Below are positions 38,974-49,606 of a stretch of DNA of 64,000 nucleotides, piece after piece; positions within the stretch are counted from its first letter, which is position 1, and every line of letters starts with the position of its first letter. Made by a program: the position numbers and the translations under genes. The stretch is from Candidatus Kaelpia imicola. GTDB taxonomy: Bacteria; Omnitrophota; Gorgyraeia; Kaelpiales; Kaelpiaceae. Where the stretch lies: contig JAVCCL010000026.1 in assembly GCA_030765505.1 (NCBI GenBank), positions 34,679 to 98,678 on the forward strand, given 5' to 3'. The notes below the pieces were generated by a model. That model was not told the DNA's origin, did no database searches, and was given only the letters and a program-made list of their open reading frames with translations.

Positions 38974-40380
38974 ATGTCTAAAAGATTAAAGGTATTATTT
39001 GTTTCAACAGAGGTCACGCCTTATGCCAAGGCAGGCGGATTAGCAGATATAGCAGGAGCACTTCCACCGGTTCTCAAAGAGATGGGCCTGGATATCAGGG
39101 TAATCATGCCTAAATATAAAGGAATAGATATAGAAGCAGATCAAACCTTGCTAAACAACTCTGTTCCGCTTTACTTTATAGAGAATGACAGTTATTACAA
39201 AAGAGAGTATATTTACTCTACGCCCGAAGGTGACTACCCCGACAATATGGAGCGGTTTGCTTATTTCTGTAAAGAGATACTTAAAAGAATCAAGAGAGAA
39301 GGGTTTAAACCGGATATAATCCACGCCAACGACTGGGAGACAGCCCTTATACCTGTATATCTTAAAACAACTTATAAAGATGATGAATTTTTTAAAGATG
39401 TAAAGACTGTATTTACAATCCACAATCTTGCCTATCAGGGAATATTTCAGGCTTCTGAGTGGGATAAAACGGAATTGAATCCTGATATATTCAACCTTCA
39501 GGGGCTTGAATACTATAAAAAGATAAACCTTATGAAAGGAGCACTCATATTTGCAGACTATATCACAACGGTAAGCCCTAGATATGCAGAAGAGATACAG
39601 GGCGATGAGTATGGATTTGGGCTTCAGAATGTATTAAGCTCACGTAAAGAGAGTATCAGCGGTATAATAAACGGTATTGATTACTTATACTGGGATTCAG
39701 AGAATGACTCCCAGATACCCCAAAATTTTACCATCAACTCCCTGAATAAAAAACCTATCAACAAACAGCACATTCAAACAGAGATGGGAATGGAGATAGG
39801 CCGAGACATCCCGCTAATAGCTGCAATAGGCAGGTTAACAGATCAGAAAGGCTGGGATTTAATAGTCGAATCAATAGATAAAATATGTGAAAAAGACCTC
39901 CAGTTGATAGTTTTAGGTGAAGGAGAGAAAAAGTATCAAGATATAATGACGGAAATATCCAAAAAATATCCTCTTAAGACTTCAATAAATATAAAATTTG
40001 ACCTTGCTCTGGCAAAAAAGATATATGCAGCAGCCGATATATTTCTCATGCCTTCTAAATTTGAGCCCTGCGGCTTAGGTCAACTTATAAGCTATAGGTA
40101 TGCAACTCTACCTCTGGGGAGAGAGACCGGGGGGCTGGCTGATACCATAACTGATTACACAAAAGATAAGGCTCATGGAACAGGATTCCTCTTTAAGAAC
40201 TATAAAAGCAAAGATCTTGTTGATGCTATAGAGAGAGCATTGGATGTCTATAGAGACCGCAGAGCATGGAGAAATATTCAGAAAAGAGTAGTAAAAGCTG
40301 ATTACTCCTGGAAACATTCAGCCAAGGATTATAAAAATCTTTACAAAAATGTAATAAAAAGCTTGAAAAGAGATGTCTAA
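38974..40380 (+). CDS. glgA: Glycogen synthase
   Basis: 'KAGGLAD', 'IHANDWET', 'FTIHNLAYQG', 'PSKFEPCGLGQ', 'TGGLADT'. Confidence 0.95.
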   Translation: MSKRLKVLFVSTEVTPYAKAGGLADIAGALPPVLKEMGLDIRVIMPKYKGIDIEADQTLLNNSVPLYFIENDSYYKREYIYSTPEGDYPDNMERFAYFCKEILKRIKREGFKPDIIHANDWETALIPVYLKTTYKDDEFFKDVKTVFTIHNLAYQGIFQASEWDKTELNPDIFNLQGLEYYKKINLMKGALIFADYITTVSPRYAEEIQGDEYGFGLQNVLSSRKESISGIINGIDYLYWDSENDSQIPQNFTINSLNKKPINKQHIQTEMGMEIGRDIPLIAAIGRLTDQKGWDLIVESIDKICEKDLQLIVLGEGEKKYQDIMTEISKKYPLKTSINIKFDLALAKKIYAAADIFLMPSKFEPCGLGQLISYRYATLPLGRETGGLADTITDYTKDKAHGTGFLFKNYKSKDLVDAIERALDVYRDRRAWRNIQKRVVKADYSWKHSAKDYKNLYKNVIKSLKRDV

Positions 40381-40972
40381 ATCAGGTAAAATTATAATAG
40401 CAATAACTGGTGAAATAGGGGCAGGTAAATCTACCTACACAGAAGAGTTTGAAAAACATGGCGCCTGTCCAGTTTATACAGATGCAATAACACATGAGAT
40501 TCTAAAACTTGATGAAGTCAAATCCCTAATCAAGAAAGGTTTTGGAAAGAGTCTGTTTCAAAATAATGGAATTAATCCTAAAAAGCTGGCAAATAGAGCA
40601 TTTAAGAACAGAACCGATTGGCAAAAGCTTATTGATATAACTCACCCTTATATATTAAAAAAAACTAAAGAGATAATAACTAAAAGTACATCTGACTATT
40701 GTGTAGTTGACGCACCGCTGCTCTTTGAATCTAAATTTGATAAAAATTCTGATTTTGTAATACTTATCAAGGCTGATGCTAAGTTAAGGAAAGAACGGCT
40801 TAAAGGCAGAATGGACTGGAAAGAGGTCAAGAGAAGAACCTCTTACCTTATTCCAATAGAGGAGAAAGAAAGGTTAGCAGATATTGTAATAGAGAATAAC
40901 TCAAAAGAGAAAAGGAAGGTGAAAGAAAATGTTGAAAAAATCTTCAGAAGAATCAAAAGCAAAAGAGGCTAA
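40373..40972 (+). CDS. coaE: Dephospho-CoA kinase
   Basis: '[11 protein letters not shown]', 'ITHP', 'VDAPLLFE', 'ADIVIEN'. Confidence 0.93.
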   Translation: MSKSGKIIIAITGEIGAGKSTYTEEFEKHGACPVYTDAITHEILKLDEVKSLIKKGFGKSLFQNNGINPKKLANRAFKNRTDWQKLIDITHPYILKKTKEIITKSTSDYCVVDAPLLFESKFDKNSDFVILIKADAKLRKERLKGRMDWKEVKRRTSYLIPIEEKERLADIVIENNSKEKRKVKENVEKIFRRIKSKRG

Positions 40973-42341
40973 ACAGTCTGATAAAAAAGAGGAACAAAAA
41001 CAAGAGAATGAGAACAGAGAGATTCAAAGCAAAGAGAGAAAGCTCTCCCCCAGAAACAGCAATATGGATATAGCACAGCTGCAGCACATGGGAATGCAAA
41101 ACCTTTTTAGCCTGGCAAAAGATTTAAGGGTAAACGGGATATCGGGCCTTAAAAAACAGGATCTGATATTTAAGATTATAAAGACAAAGGCTATGAGGGA
41201 AGGCGAAGTCTCCGGCGAAGGCGTGCTTGAAGTATTGCCGGATGGATTCGGTTTCTTAAGATCTCCTAATTACAGTTATCTTCCTTCACCTGACGATATT
41301 TACATCTCTCCTTCTCAAATAAGAAGGTTTAGTCTTAGAACCGGTGATACTATAGCCGGTCAGGTCCGTCCGCCTAAAGACGGAGAGAAATATTTTGCCC
41401 TTCTTAAAGTAGAAGGGATAAACCATGCGAATGCCGATGATAATACTTATAGGATACCATTTGATAACCTTACTCCATTATATCCGAATGAACGATTTCT
41501 GCTTGAGACTAAGTCTACCGAGATAACAACGCGGATTATCGACTTAATTGCTCCCATAGGAAAAGGTCAGCGTGGATTAATAGTAGCACCGCCTTATAGT
41601 GGAAAGACGATAATCTTACAGAAGATAGCCAATGCAATAAGCGCAAACTATTCCGATGCAATCTCCATTGTATTATTAATAGGGGAGAGGCCTGAAGAGG
41701 TTACTGATATGGAACGCTCTGTGAAGGGTGAGGTGATAGGCTCAACTTTCGATGAGCCGGCAGAACGTCATATTCAGGTTGCAGAGATCGTAATGGAGAA
41801 AGCCAAGAGACTTGTTGAATCCGGAAAAGACGCTGTGATATTGCTCGACAGTATGACTCGTTTAGCTCGTGCGTATAATACAGTAGCGCCTCATAGCGGA
41901 AAGGTTTTAACCGGCGGTATCGATTCCGGAGCTCTGGATAGACCCAAGAAGTTCTTTGGTGCGGCAAGAAATATCGAAGGAGGAGGTTCTTTGACAATAC
42001 TTGCAACCTCACTTGTCGATACGGGGAGCAGGATGGATGATGTCATCTTCGAAGAGTTCAAAGGAACCGGAAATATGGAACTACAGCTGGACAGGAACCT
42101 ATTCCAGAAGAGAATCTACCCTGCGATAGATATCAGGAGATCCGCTACAAGACGTGAAGAGCTGCTTCTCGACCCTGATGAGTTGAAAAGAATCTGGGTT
42201 TTAAGGCGGGTATTACATGATGTGAACAATGAAGAGGCAATGAAAACGCTGATGGCCAAGATGAATAAAGCTAAAAACAATGTTGAATTCCTCTTAGGGC
42301 TGGATATCGAAGCTGTAGAATCATCCGAACCTACCCTATAA
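40929..42341 (+). CDS. rho: Transcription termination factor Rho
   Basis: 'DGFGFLRS', '[17 protein letters not shown]', 'PIGKGQR', '[12 protein letters not shown]'. Confidence 0.98.
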   Translation: MLKKSSEESKAKEAKQSDKKEEQKQENENREIQSKERKLSPRNSNMDIAQLQHMGMQNLFSLAKDLRVNGISGLKKQDLIFKIIKTKAMREGEVSGEGVLEVLPDGFGFLRSPNYSYLPSPDDIYISPSQIRRFSLRTGDTIAGQVRPPKDGEKYFALLKVEGINHANADDNTYRIPFDNLTPLYPNERFLLETKSTEITTRIIDLIAPIGKGQRGLIVAPPYSGKTIILQKIANAISANYSDAISIVLLIGERPEEVTDMERSVKGEVIGSTFDEPAERHIQVAEIVMEKAKRLVESGKDAVILLDSMTRLARAYNTVAPHSGKVLTGGIDSGALDRPKKFFGAARNIEGGGSLTILATSLVDTGSRMDDVIFEEFKGTGNMELQLDRNLFQKRIYPAIDIRRSATRREELLLDPDELKRIWVLRRVLHDVNNEEAMKTLMAKMNKAKNNVEFLLGLDIEAVESSEPTL

Positions 42342-42353
42342 AAGGAGCCAGAT

Positions 42354-42998
42354 ATGAAAGATATTACAAGAGACCATTTTACGGAAGAGGATCCCTGGAG
42401 AATATTCAGAATAATGAGTGAGTTTGTTGACGGGTTTGAAACCCTCTCTCAGGTTAAGAGAGGAGTCTCTATTTTTGGTTCTGCCAGAATAAAACCGAGA
42501 AGTAAATATTATAAACTGGCTGAAGAGACTGCTTATCTATTTACAAAGAGAGGCTACTCTATAGTAACCGGTGCCGGTCCGGGTATAATGGAGGCAGCCA
42601 ATAAAGGGGCGTCTAAAGCAGGGGGGGCATCCATTGGCTTGAATATCTTACTTCCCAGTCAGCAAAAATGCAATAAATACGTAACAACACCCATTGAATT
42701 CAGATACTTTTTCTGCCGTAAGGTTATGTTTGCAAAATATTCTAAAGCTGTTCTTATCTTCCCAGGAGGATACGGTACCCTGGATGAACTTTTTGAATTT
42801 TTAGCGTTAATTCAAACTGAAAGAATAGATAAGTTTCCTGTGATACTCATATCTAAAGAGTTCTGGGGCGGTCTAATAGACTGGATGAAAGAGAGACTGC
42901 TGAGTAAAAATATGATAGAGAAGAATGATTTAGCTATCTTCCATATCGTTGAGAATGGGGAAGAAGCGTTTAAGATAGTTAAAGATTTTTATAAGTAA
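42354..42998 (+). CDS. LOG family nucleotide hydrolase (Rossmann fold)
   Basis: 'SIFGSAR', 'TGAGPGIMEAANKG', 'FRYFFCRK', 'PGGYGTLDE'. Confidence 0.93.
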   Translation: MKDITRDHFTEEDPWRIFRIMSEFVDGFETLSQVKRGVSIFGSARIKPRSKYYKLAEETAYLFTKRGYSIVTGAGPGIMEAANKGASKAGGASIGLNILLPSQQKCNKYVTTPIEFRYFFCRKVMFAKYSKAVLIFPGGYGTLDELFEFLALIQTERIDKFPVILISKEFWGGLIDWMKERLLSKNMIEKNDLAIFHIVENGEEAFKIVKDFYK

Positions 42999-43099
42999 TC
43001 TCCTGTCCTGTAATTCTAATAACATAAACTCTTTATTTACAGCTATTTAGTGTCTGTTGTGTAACTTTATAATAGTTTTAATAAAACTTTTGTTATAGT

Positions 43100-43128
43100 T
43101 TGACATTTTGTTGCTTATGTGGTATAAA
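43100..43128 (+). promoter_or_regulatory. Near-consensus sigma70 promoter
   Basis: TTGACA (43100) - 17 bp - TATAAA (43123) with extended TG. The TTG start in the ORF track is this -35 box. Confidence 0.75.
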
Positions 43129-43144
43129 TATTACAGGCAGAAAG

Positions 43145-46100
43145 ATGAAGAGAGAGAAGGTAATAAAAATTGCCATAGGGAAAGCACTTTTAAGCATAAC
43201 ACTTCTAATCTTTACATCTGCAGGGATCTCCAATGCCCAGGTAGTATTTGATGCGGGAGGATTTGGAGGTGGGAATATAACCCTTCCGGCTGCAAGCCCA
43301 GTAGAACAGTTGTGGGAAAAATTGGAAATAACTCCTTTTGAGTTTGGAGATAAACTTGATAAAATTCAATTCGAAATATACTTGATCGCAAATAACCCTC
43401 TATCAATTATTTCTCCTGTTAACCGTCTAAATGAAATCAATACCATACTAACTGATTGGGTCAACATATTTAATACTTGTGACGTTAGTGCCGATTCAAT
43501 TATACCATTGCAGGGCACTATCCATGATACTCTAAAAAAAATGGAGCGGGTGGAGATAGAGCTTGGTACCCCAATAGACGAAATTGCAGAGATATTAAAA
43601 ATTAGAGAACAAGAATTAGAGTTGTTATATTTCGTACCGCGTGATTCAGATTTTTATAAGACCCAAGTATTAGATTATACCGCAACTATCTCAAAGCAGA
43701 TTGATGGATGGAAAGAAGTATTTGAAAATTCCGGATTTGCAGTAGACGTTTTCAGCGATTTACAAGAAGACATAGCAAAGATACAAAATAAATTATCGGG
43801 TCCATTAATTTCAGCACATGTCCCGGTCACGTACGGAGGAATATTAGTTTTACCTTTTGAAGACTTGCTAAAATCTTCTGATACATCTCTTAGAGAGTTT
43901 TTTGCCGAAACCTATATACGCAATGTAACAGAGGAAATACCTCAGTATATTGAGGATTTAGGTATAGCTTTGGAAAAAGCCGAAGCTAATCCTTTGCTTT
44001 TTAAAAATTTTGATGCGCCTAAAGTTTTTAGCCACTTAACAGACATTCATAAAAACCTTGAAGGCTTGAATAAAAACGGATTTCTACAAATAGCAAATGA
44101 AACAATGGGAGCATTCCAAAATTTGATACCTCTCGATGAACAAATAAATAGACTGCAAATACAGATTGAAGCGGTCTCAAGCATTGCACAAGATGGTAAC
44201 ATCAATAAAATCGAACCGTCTACAGATTTAGAACAAGAGCTCGAAATTCTGAAAGCAAAAAGAGCGGATGTATATCTTGAGTTTTTAGTCAAGTTTTCAT
44301 CTTTAACAGAAAGGAATCATGAATATATCCAAGATAAAACAGACGAATTACAACTTGAAAAAGAACTACTCAGCAGTGCTCCTATTAGGAATATGCCTTC
44401 TGAAGACGCTGAAGCTATAAGGAATGCCATGGAAGAGGCGGCAACAAAAAAGGATTTCCTTAAAAGTATTGATGGTCTAATTTTACAAACGTTAAGGTCA
44501 ATTACAGAAATGATAGGTTCTATTATATCAGAAATAATTATAGAAAATGACTCTTATTATGAGGAAAAAACGGCTATTATTTCTACGACAATCTCAAACC
44601 TTAAGACGATAGAACCGTATCTACTTTATGAAGAAGCTAAATCTATCAATAGTGCGATTGAAAACTTAAAACAAGTGCAGCAGCAGCTCGTTAATTTCTA
44701 CAACAATACAATTCAACAAGAAGCAAATGTACCGCAGACATCTCAATTATATACCAAAACATATCTTGATGTTATTAGAACAACGGAAACATCAGGGTTA
44801 GAACGAAGCATTGAAAGAGTAGACCAGTACTTAGATAGCCAATTGAAATATATGGAAGATGAACTACAAAGGAACATCAAACAGAGGGATAGTTTAGCCC
44901 TTCTTCCCAATAATATGCTTCCCGATGATAGGGAATGGATTGAAAAAAGTATACAAGATTTAGAAGCAAAGATTGAGCTCTTATCAGAAAGTATTACGCT
45001 AATGAAGCAAACGATTGAACCTCAATCAAGGACATCCAGCTTAGATCCTGCAGTTGCACCATCTAATAATTCTGAATTACCCTTCTCGCTACCTGTACCA
45101 TCGGGTGTCAAAAAAGCGGAGCAAATTTTCCTTAATAATCCTGAATCATCTTCACCACCTGATAACAATACCCCCTTTAGCTTACTTAAAGATACTAGTC
45201 TAGCCTCTGAACCTCAATCAAGGACATCCGGCTTAGATACTGCAGCTGCACCATCTAATAACACTGTACCACCTTCACTATCTGGCAGCATTACCCTTCC
45301 AGTAATAAATTCGTTAATAAAAAGTGTCTCTTCTAATTTTACAGAAATAGGGCCGGAACCAGGAATTGCTACTCTATCAGCGGGAAATATTGAAACTACT
45401 ACTTATGAGAGTTTAAGTGAAGAAGAAAGAGTTTTCGTAGACAGCATGCTAGGGGTACTAAGAACAGAAGATCCGCAGGTCATTGCAGAAACAATATGGA
45501 GAGCATTACGTGATAGCGGTGGTAATCGTTGCTTTATGATGGACATTATTATGACATTACCTGCCGAAGGAGATATTGGAAACGATCCTAAGTATCAAGA
45601 GTTTATGTCTACAATACGTTCACTTGATGCAAAGCTTCTTCAAGAAGAATTAAGTGAAATGCCGGAACAGATAGATCGACTATTAGAGAATGAGATTAAA
45701 GAGGATTTAGGTGAAGTTAGACAAGAAGTGGCAGGTACGTCAGAAAATCTTGCAAAGTTGGCGATAGAGATAGGGGAAGAGCATCCCGGTGCAAGGGTTA
45801 CAGCAGATGGAATAGTTGTTGCTCCGATATGGATATCTAAAAATACTGGCCGAGAGATAATATCTATTAAAATCGACGGCAAAATTGTTAACTATACCAT
45901 CAGTAAATTTAAAGAAACAATTAGTCATATAAGCCAGGCTCTAGAAGTATCGGAAGAAGTACTGCATAAGCTCTTAGGTAATATTATCGAGAAAGGCGAA
46001 GGCGTCTATGATGTTATATGGATTACTTTAGATAACGGTAAAACAGTACATTACGTAAGACGCAGTGATACCATCGTCTATATTAACTCAACCAACCCGG

Positions 46101-46342
46101 CAGAAATTGCAAAGGAAATTATAAAGAAAGTGTTTATAAAGCGCCCCGATGCATCAAGCGCAGTGGTAAACAGAATATTTTTGTTCATGGTTATAGCAGG
46201 CTTAATATGTATAGGATTTGGAGTAACACTAGCGGTCTGCATAGCCAAAGCACAGATTAAGAGGTCAGAGTATCTCCCTCCCGCGTTGAGAGTAAAAAAA
46301 TCCTTCCAGCACAACTACGCAGCTAATTGGAAAACAAGGTAG
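43145..46342 (+). CDS. Large orphan exported protein (~1065 aa): signal peptide, long acidic helical/coiled-coil region, S/P-rich linker, C-terminal TM anchor
   Basis: Start reassigned to ATG 43145 (MKREKVIKIA...SNA|Q). TM 'IFLFMVIAGLICIGFGVTLAVCIA'. Confidence 0.8.
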   Translation: MKREKVIKIAIGKALLSITLLIFTSAGISNAQVVFDAGGFGGGNITLPAASPVEQLWEKLEITPFEFGDKLDKIQFEIYLIANNPLSIISPVNRLNEINTILTDWVNIFNTCDVSADSIIPLQGTIHDTLKKMERVEIELGTPIDEIAEILKIREQELELLYFVPRDSDFYKTQVLDYTATISKQIDGWKEVFENSGFAVDVFSDLQEDIAKIQNKLSGPLISAHVPVTYGGILVLPFEDLLKSSDTSLREFFAETYIRNVTEEIPQYIEDLGIALEKAEANPLLFKNFDAPKVFSHLTDIHKNLEGLNKNGFLQIANETMGAFQNLIPLDEQINRLQIQIEAVSSIAQDGNINKIEPSTDLEQELEILKAKRADVYLEFLVKFSSLTERNHEYIQDKTDELQLEKELLSSAPIRNMPSEDAEAIRNAMEEAATKKDFLKSIDGLILQTLRSITEMIGSIISEIIIENDSYYEEKTAIISTTISNLKTIEPYLLYEEAKSINSAIENLKQVQQQLVNFYNNTIQQEANVPQTSQLYTKTYLDVIRTTETSGLERSIERVDQYLDSQLKYMEDELQRNIKQRDSLALLPNNMLPDDREWIEKSIQDLEAKIELLSESITLMKQTIEPQSRTSSLDPAVAPSNNSELPFSLPVPSGVKKAEQIFLNNPESSSPPDNNTPFSLLKDTSLASEPQSRTSGLDTAAAPSNNTVPPSLSGSITLPVINSLIKSVSSNFTEIGPEPGIATLSAGNIETTTYESLSEEERVFVDSMLGVLRTEDPQVIAETIWRALRDSGGNRCFMMDIIMTLPAEGDIGNDPKYQEFMSTIRSLDAKLLQEELSEMPEQIDRLLENEIKEDLGEVRQEVAGTSENLAKLAIEIGEEHPGARVTADGIVVAPIWISKNTGREIISIKIDGKIVNYTISKFKETISHISQALEVSEEVLHKLLGNIIEKGEGVYDVIWITLDNGKTVHYVRRSDTIVYINSTNPAEIAKEIIKKVFIKRPDASSAVVNRIFLFMVIAGLICIGFGVTLAVCIAKAQIKRSEYLPPALRVKKSFQHNYAANWKTR
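45016..45261 (+). repeat. 54-bp direct repeat pair (45016-45069 and 45208-45261)
   Basis: TGAACCTCAATCAAGGACATCC(A/G)GCTTAGAT(C/A)CTGCAG(T/C)TGCACCATCTAATAA, 3 mismatches, 192-bp period. Confidence 0.9.
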
Positions 46343-46420
46343 GGATTTTAAAATAATTCTCTTGTCTTTTCATCACCTTCATTAATATAATATACAAAAT
46401 TATAAACAAGGAGGTTGTAG

Positions 46421-46960
46421 ATGAAGAGAGTCTTAGTAGGTATTGTGTTAGCTATCATAGTAACAGTATCTTTACCGGTCTATGCCGGCTGGAATGCAAA
46501 AAGCTCATCAGATGCAGTAGAAGAGGCTGAATTAACGGTTAAGAAGTTCAAAGAGTCTGACTCTGTAATGGATAGATTCTTTGATAAAGCATACGGCTAT
46601 GCTATATTCCCAACTGTCGGAAAAGGCGGCATGGGAATAGGAGCAGCGTACGGCAAAGGTACGGTCTATGAACAAGGTAAGATAATAGGTTCAACAACCT
46701 TAAAACAGCTCAGCATAGGTTTTCAACTCGGAGGTCAGGCATATAGTGAGATAATATTTTTTAAAGATAGACGTGACCTTGAAAATTTCAAAAGCGGTAA
46801 CTTTGAACTCGGTGCAACAGCTTCTGCAGTTGCTGTAACAGCCGGAGCATCAGCTGACGCAGACTACAGTGACGGAGTTGCCGTATTTACCCTTCCCAAA
46901 GGCGGATTGATGTATGAGGCAACGGTTGCAGGGCAGAAGTTTACTTATACAGAAGAGTAA
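46421..46960 (+). CDS. YSC84/SYLF lipid-binding domain protein, exported
   Basis: 'AYGYAIFPTVGKGG.GIG.AYGKG', 'GFQLGGQAYSEIIFF', 'KGGLMYEATVAGQKF'. Confidence 0.9.
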   Translation: MKRVLVGIVLAIIVTVSLPVYAGWNAKSSSDAVEEAELTVKKFKESDSVMDRFFDKAYGYAIFPTVGKGGMGIGAAYGKGTVYEQGKIIGSTTLKQLSIGFQLGGQAYSEIIFFKDRRDLENFKSGNFELGATASAVAVTAGASADADYSDGVAVFTLPKGGLMYEATVAGQKFTYTEE

Positions 46961-46989
46961 AGTTTAAAGTTAATAAAAGGAGATGGAAT

Positions 46990-47340
46990 ATGAAAAAGGT
47001 AATCATAGCTTTGTTAATTTTCTTATTGTTTCTTTCGCTAAACTCTCTTGCAGGACCATTTGATACCTGGGATGAAGAGGCAAATGTCACAGCTCAGTTT
47101 GTAAGAAAAATTCTGGGCGGAGATAGCTTTGATGAGTCTTTAAAACTTGATTACCCCGGAAGCACAATTAACTGGGGAGGAAGGATATCAACAACAGATA
47201 AGTTTGGAGGAGCAACGTATATAGTATATTGTGAGATAGTAGAACCTCAAAAGGACCCTACATACTACTATTATGAAGTTGCATTCTCACCGGTAAATGA
47301 TAATCCTCAGCTGCTACAGAAATACAATATCGGCTATTGA
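46990..47340 (+). CDS. Hypothetical exported protein
   Basis: SD AAGGAG and a signal peptide. Confidence 0.7.
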   Translation: MKKVIIALLIFLLFLSLNSLAGPFDTWDEEANVTAQFVRKILGGDSFDESLKLDYPGSTINWGGRISTTDKFGGATYIVYCEIVEPQKDPTYYYYEVAFSPVNDNPQLLQKYNIGY

Positions 47341-47344
47341 TATA

Positions 47345-49606
47345 TTAAGTCTTTTTTTCAACCGCTATCTCAGACTCTGATAATCTGCCTATTCTTATCT
47401 TTTTAACTAGAAAGGGCATTACAAAGAGAGCCGTTAAAGAGGCGAATATCGAACCCACAAGAATTGCAAGTCCGAAACGCTGGGTAGGTGGGAAGCTTGA
47501 GAAAGAGAATATTCCAAAACCGATTGAGATAACAAACATAGCCGTTAAGATAGGCTGCCAGAGATGGTCTTTGACTCTATCCCAATTTTTAAGCCGCTGA
47601 AAAGCTTTTATCATATGTATCATTGCATCTATCCCTATGGCTATTGCAATATTTGAAGCCGGAGCCGATATAATATCCAAAGGAATCCTATAAAGCCCAA
47701 TAAGCCCTAATATTGATACAGGAAGGATGGCAACGCTTAGGGTAAGGGCAAGTGTTATTCTGAAAGAGCGTGATATCATAAGGCCTATTACTGCAAACAA
47801 GAGTACTAATTTGCCAAGCCCGTTAATAAGACTGATAGCAACAAGCTTGGCCAGATGGCCCTGGAGACTGTATATTCCGCCTATTATTTCGGGAGCGAAA
47901 CCCTGAGCATAGACAAGCTCTTTTATCTCAGCTATTATCTCTAATCTAGAGCGGACCCTATAGGACTCGGTCATTCGGAGCATGAAGAGACCATACTTGC
48001 CGTCAGAGGATATAAAGCTCTTTGCAATTGCATCACACTCGGGTTTCTTGAGAACGCTTATTAAGGCGTCCATCGATATCACAGAGACAAGGAAACCTAA
48101 AGGAGTCTTACGTGCCTGAGCAAGTAATACAGGAAGGGATAAGACAGAACCAACCGAACGGTGCTGTTCCAGAACCTCCTGCAGCCTCCAGAGATCTTTA
48201 AAAGTCTTCTGAGAGACTATCTTCTCGTCTGATTGAGATTTAACAACAATTATAAGCGGAGAGCTGCCTCCATTGCGGTCTATATAACCCAAACCGTTTC
48301 TTATCTCGCTTCCTTCTGCAAAATAGGAGAGCAGACTGGGATCAGAATCAATAGAGAAGAGTCCCGGTAGGACCATAATAGAGATAACAACGATAATAGT
48401 TATAATATAACTTCTCTTTCTGTTTAAAAAGCCGTAGATATTACTTTGAATAACTTCAATCTTAGGCTTACTCTGAGCCATTCTTTTCTGTTTCTGGACG
48501 CTGGATGCCTTTAAAAATGCAGGGTAGATGGTATAGGCAGCAAGAATTGCCATCAAGGTTCCTATTGCACCAGATGCTCCCAGGTCTCTTAAAGGTTTTG
48601 CCTGAACAAATATAAGACTTATAAAACCAAGCAGCGTTGTGAACATGCCCCAGAAAGAAGGCGGGAATGTAAGTATCAAAGCTTCAACTACCGGGGTAAA
48701 CGACGGCAGAGAGCTGTCATCCTGTTTTTTCTTGAAGAATAACTTTAAAGGAAAGCCCCAGAGTCTCGGACGAGGAATTAGAGGGGTCGGAGCATAGCAG
48801 GCACTCTTCCAGCTATAGGTTAGGAATATAATGTGTGATAGAGTAAGAATACATATTATAGTACCCAGATTAGCTGTAAGTATTCCAATCGGAATGCCTA
48901 AAAAATCTGTAAGCATGAAAGTCCAGATGCAGGCATTGAGGCAGGTTATGAGAGTACCAAAAAAGGCTCCTTTTGAACGGAATAGAGCCAGTATTATGAG
49001 CCCAAAGACTAAGATTGCTACAGTAGAGAATACCTTTATATCTCTAAGCAAGCTTCTTCTTATAAGTTCAACTATGTAGGGCATACCTGATACACGAAGC
49101 TTAAAATCCTGATCCTCAAACTGATAGACTATATCTTCGATGAATGGAACCATTAGATCGGAGACATCTTCGTCTAGAAGTACAATCAGGTTTGTGGACT
49201 TCATATCGTCTGATAAGACCAATCGTTTCCACATCGGGCTTTTAAGAGCGTCTTCAAAATCGTTGGGTCCATGCGTCAAACTACTTACCCCTGAGACACC
49301 ATCTAAACCCAGCAAGGATTCACTTAAATCAGCTATCTTTTCCTGATAGAGAGAAGAATTGATATCTCCAGTTGCGCTTATAATAACCATGCCGTCGTTT
49401 CTGACGAAAAGTTTGGATATCTTTTTCTCATACTGAAACTGAGGATCTTCGCTGGAGAAGAAGAAATCATCGGTAACTTCGGGCACTAAGCTTACAAAGT
49501 TAATCAAGATGGTGAGGCCAAGAAGTGTTACAATAACTGCCGCCCAAACCTGAGGATTAAGCAGTCCGGTTATATTTTTAATCTTTAGAGAGAACCTTGA
49601 TAACAT
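47345..49606 (-). CDS. MMPL/RND family exporter
   Basis: Two repeats of TM - periplasmic loop - 5 TM. 'TTLLGFISL', 'IAIGIDAMIH', 'SSFPPTQRFG'. Confidence 0.88.
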   Translation of the reverse strand: MLSRFSLKIKNITGLLNPQVWAAVIVTLLGLTILINFVSLVPEVTDDFFFSSEDPQFQYEKKISKLFVRNDGMVIISATGDINSSLYQEKIADLSESLLGLDGVSGVSSLTHGPNDFEDALKSPMWKRLVLSDDMKSTNLIVLLDEDVSDLMVPFIEDIVYQFEDQDFKLRVSGMPYIVELIRRSLLRDIKVFSTVAILVFGLIILALFRSKGAFFGTLITCLNACIWTFMLTDFLGIPIGILTANLGTIICILTLSHIIFLTYSWKSACYAPTPLIPRPRLWGFPLKLFFKKKQDDSSLPSFTPVVEALILTFPPSFWGMFTTLLGFISLIFVQAKPLRDLGASGAIGTLMAILAAYTIYPAFLKASSVQKQKRMAQSKPKIEVIQSNIYGFLNRKRSYIITIIVVISIMVLPGLFSIDSDPSLLSYFAEGSEIRNGLGYIDRNGGSSPLIIVVKSQSDEKIVSQKTFKDLWRLQEVLEQHRSVGSVLSLPVLLAQARKTPLGFLVSVISMDALISVLKKPECDAIAKSFISSDGKYGLFMLRMTESYRVRSRLEIIAEIKELVYAQGFAPEIIGGIYSLQGHLAKLVAISLINGLGKLVLLFAVIGLMISRSFRITLALTLSVAILPVSILGLIGLYRIPLDIISAPASNIAIAIGIDAMIHMIKAFQRLKNWDRVKDHLWQPILTAMFVISIGFGIFSFSSFPPTQRFGLAILVGSIFASLTALFVMPFLVKKIRIGRLSESEIAVEKKT

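Noticed and set aside
43100-43144. TTG start at 43100 for the 1080-aa ORF
   Set aside because: The TTG is part of a TTGACA -35 box with a correctly spaced -10. ATG 43145 gives a proper signal peptide.
45016-45261. CRISPR-like repeat
   Set aside because: Only two copies, in frame within a CDS, with no cas genes.
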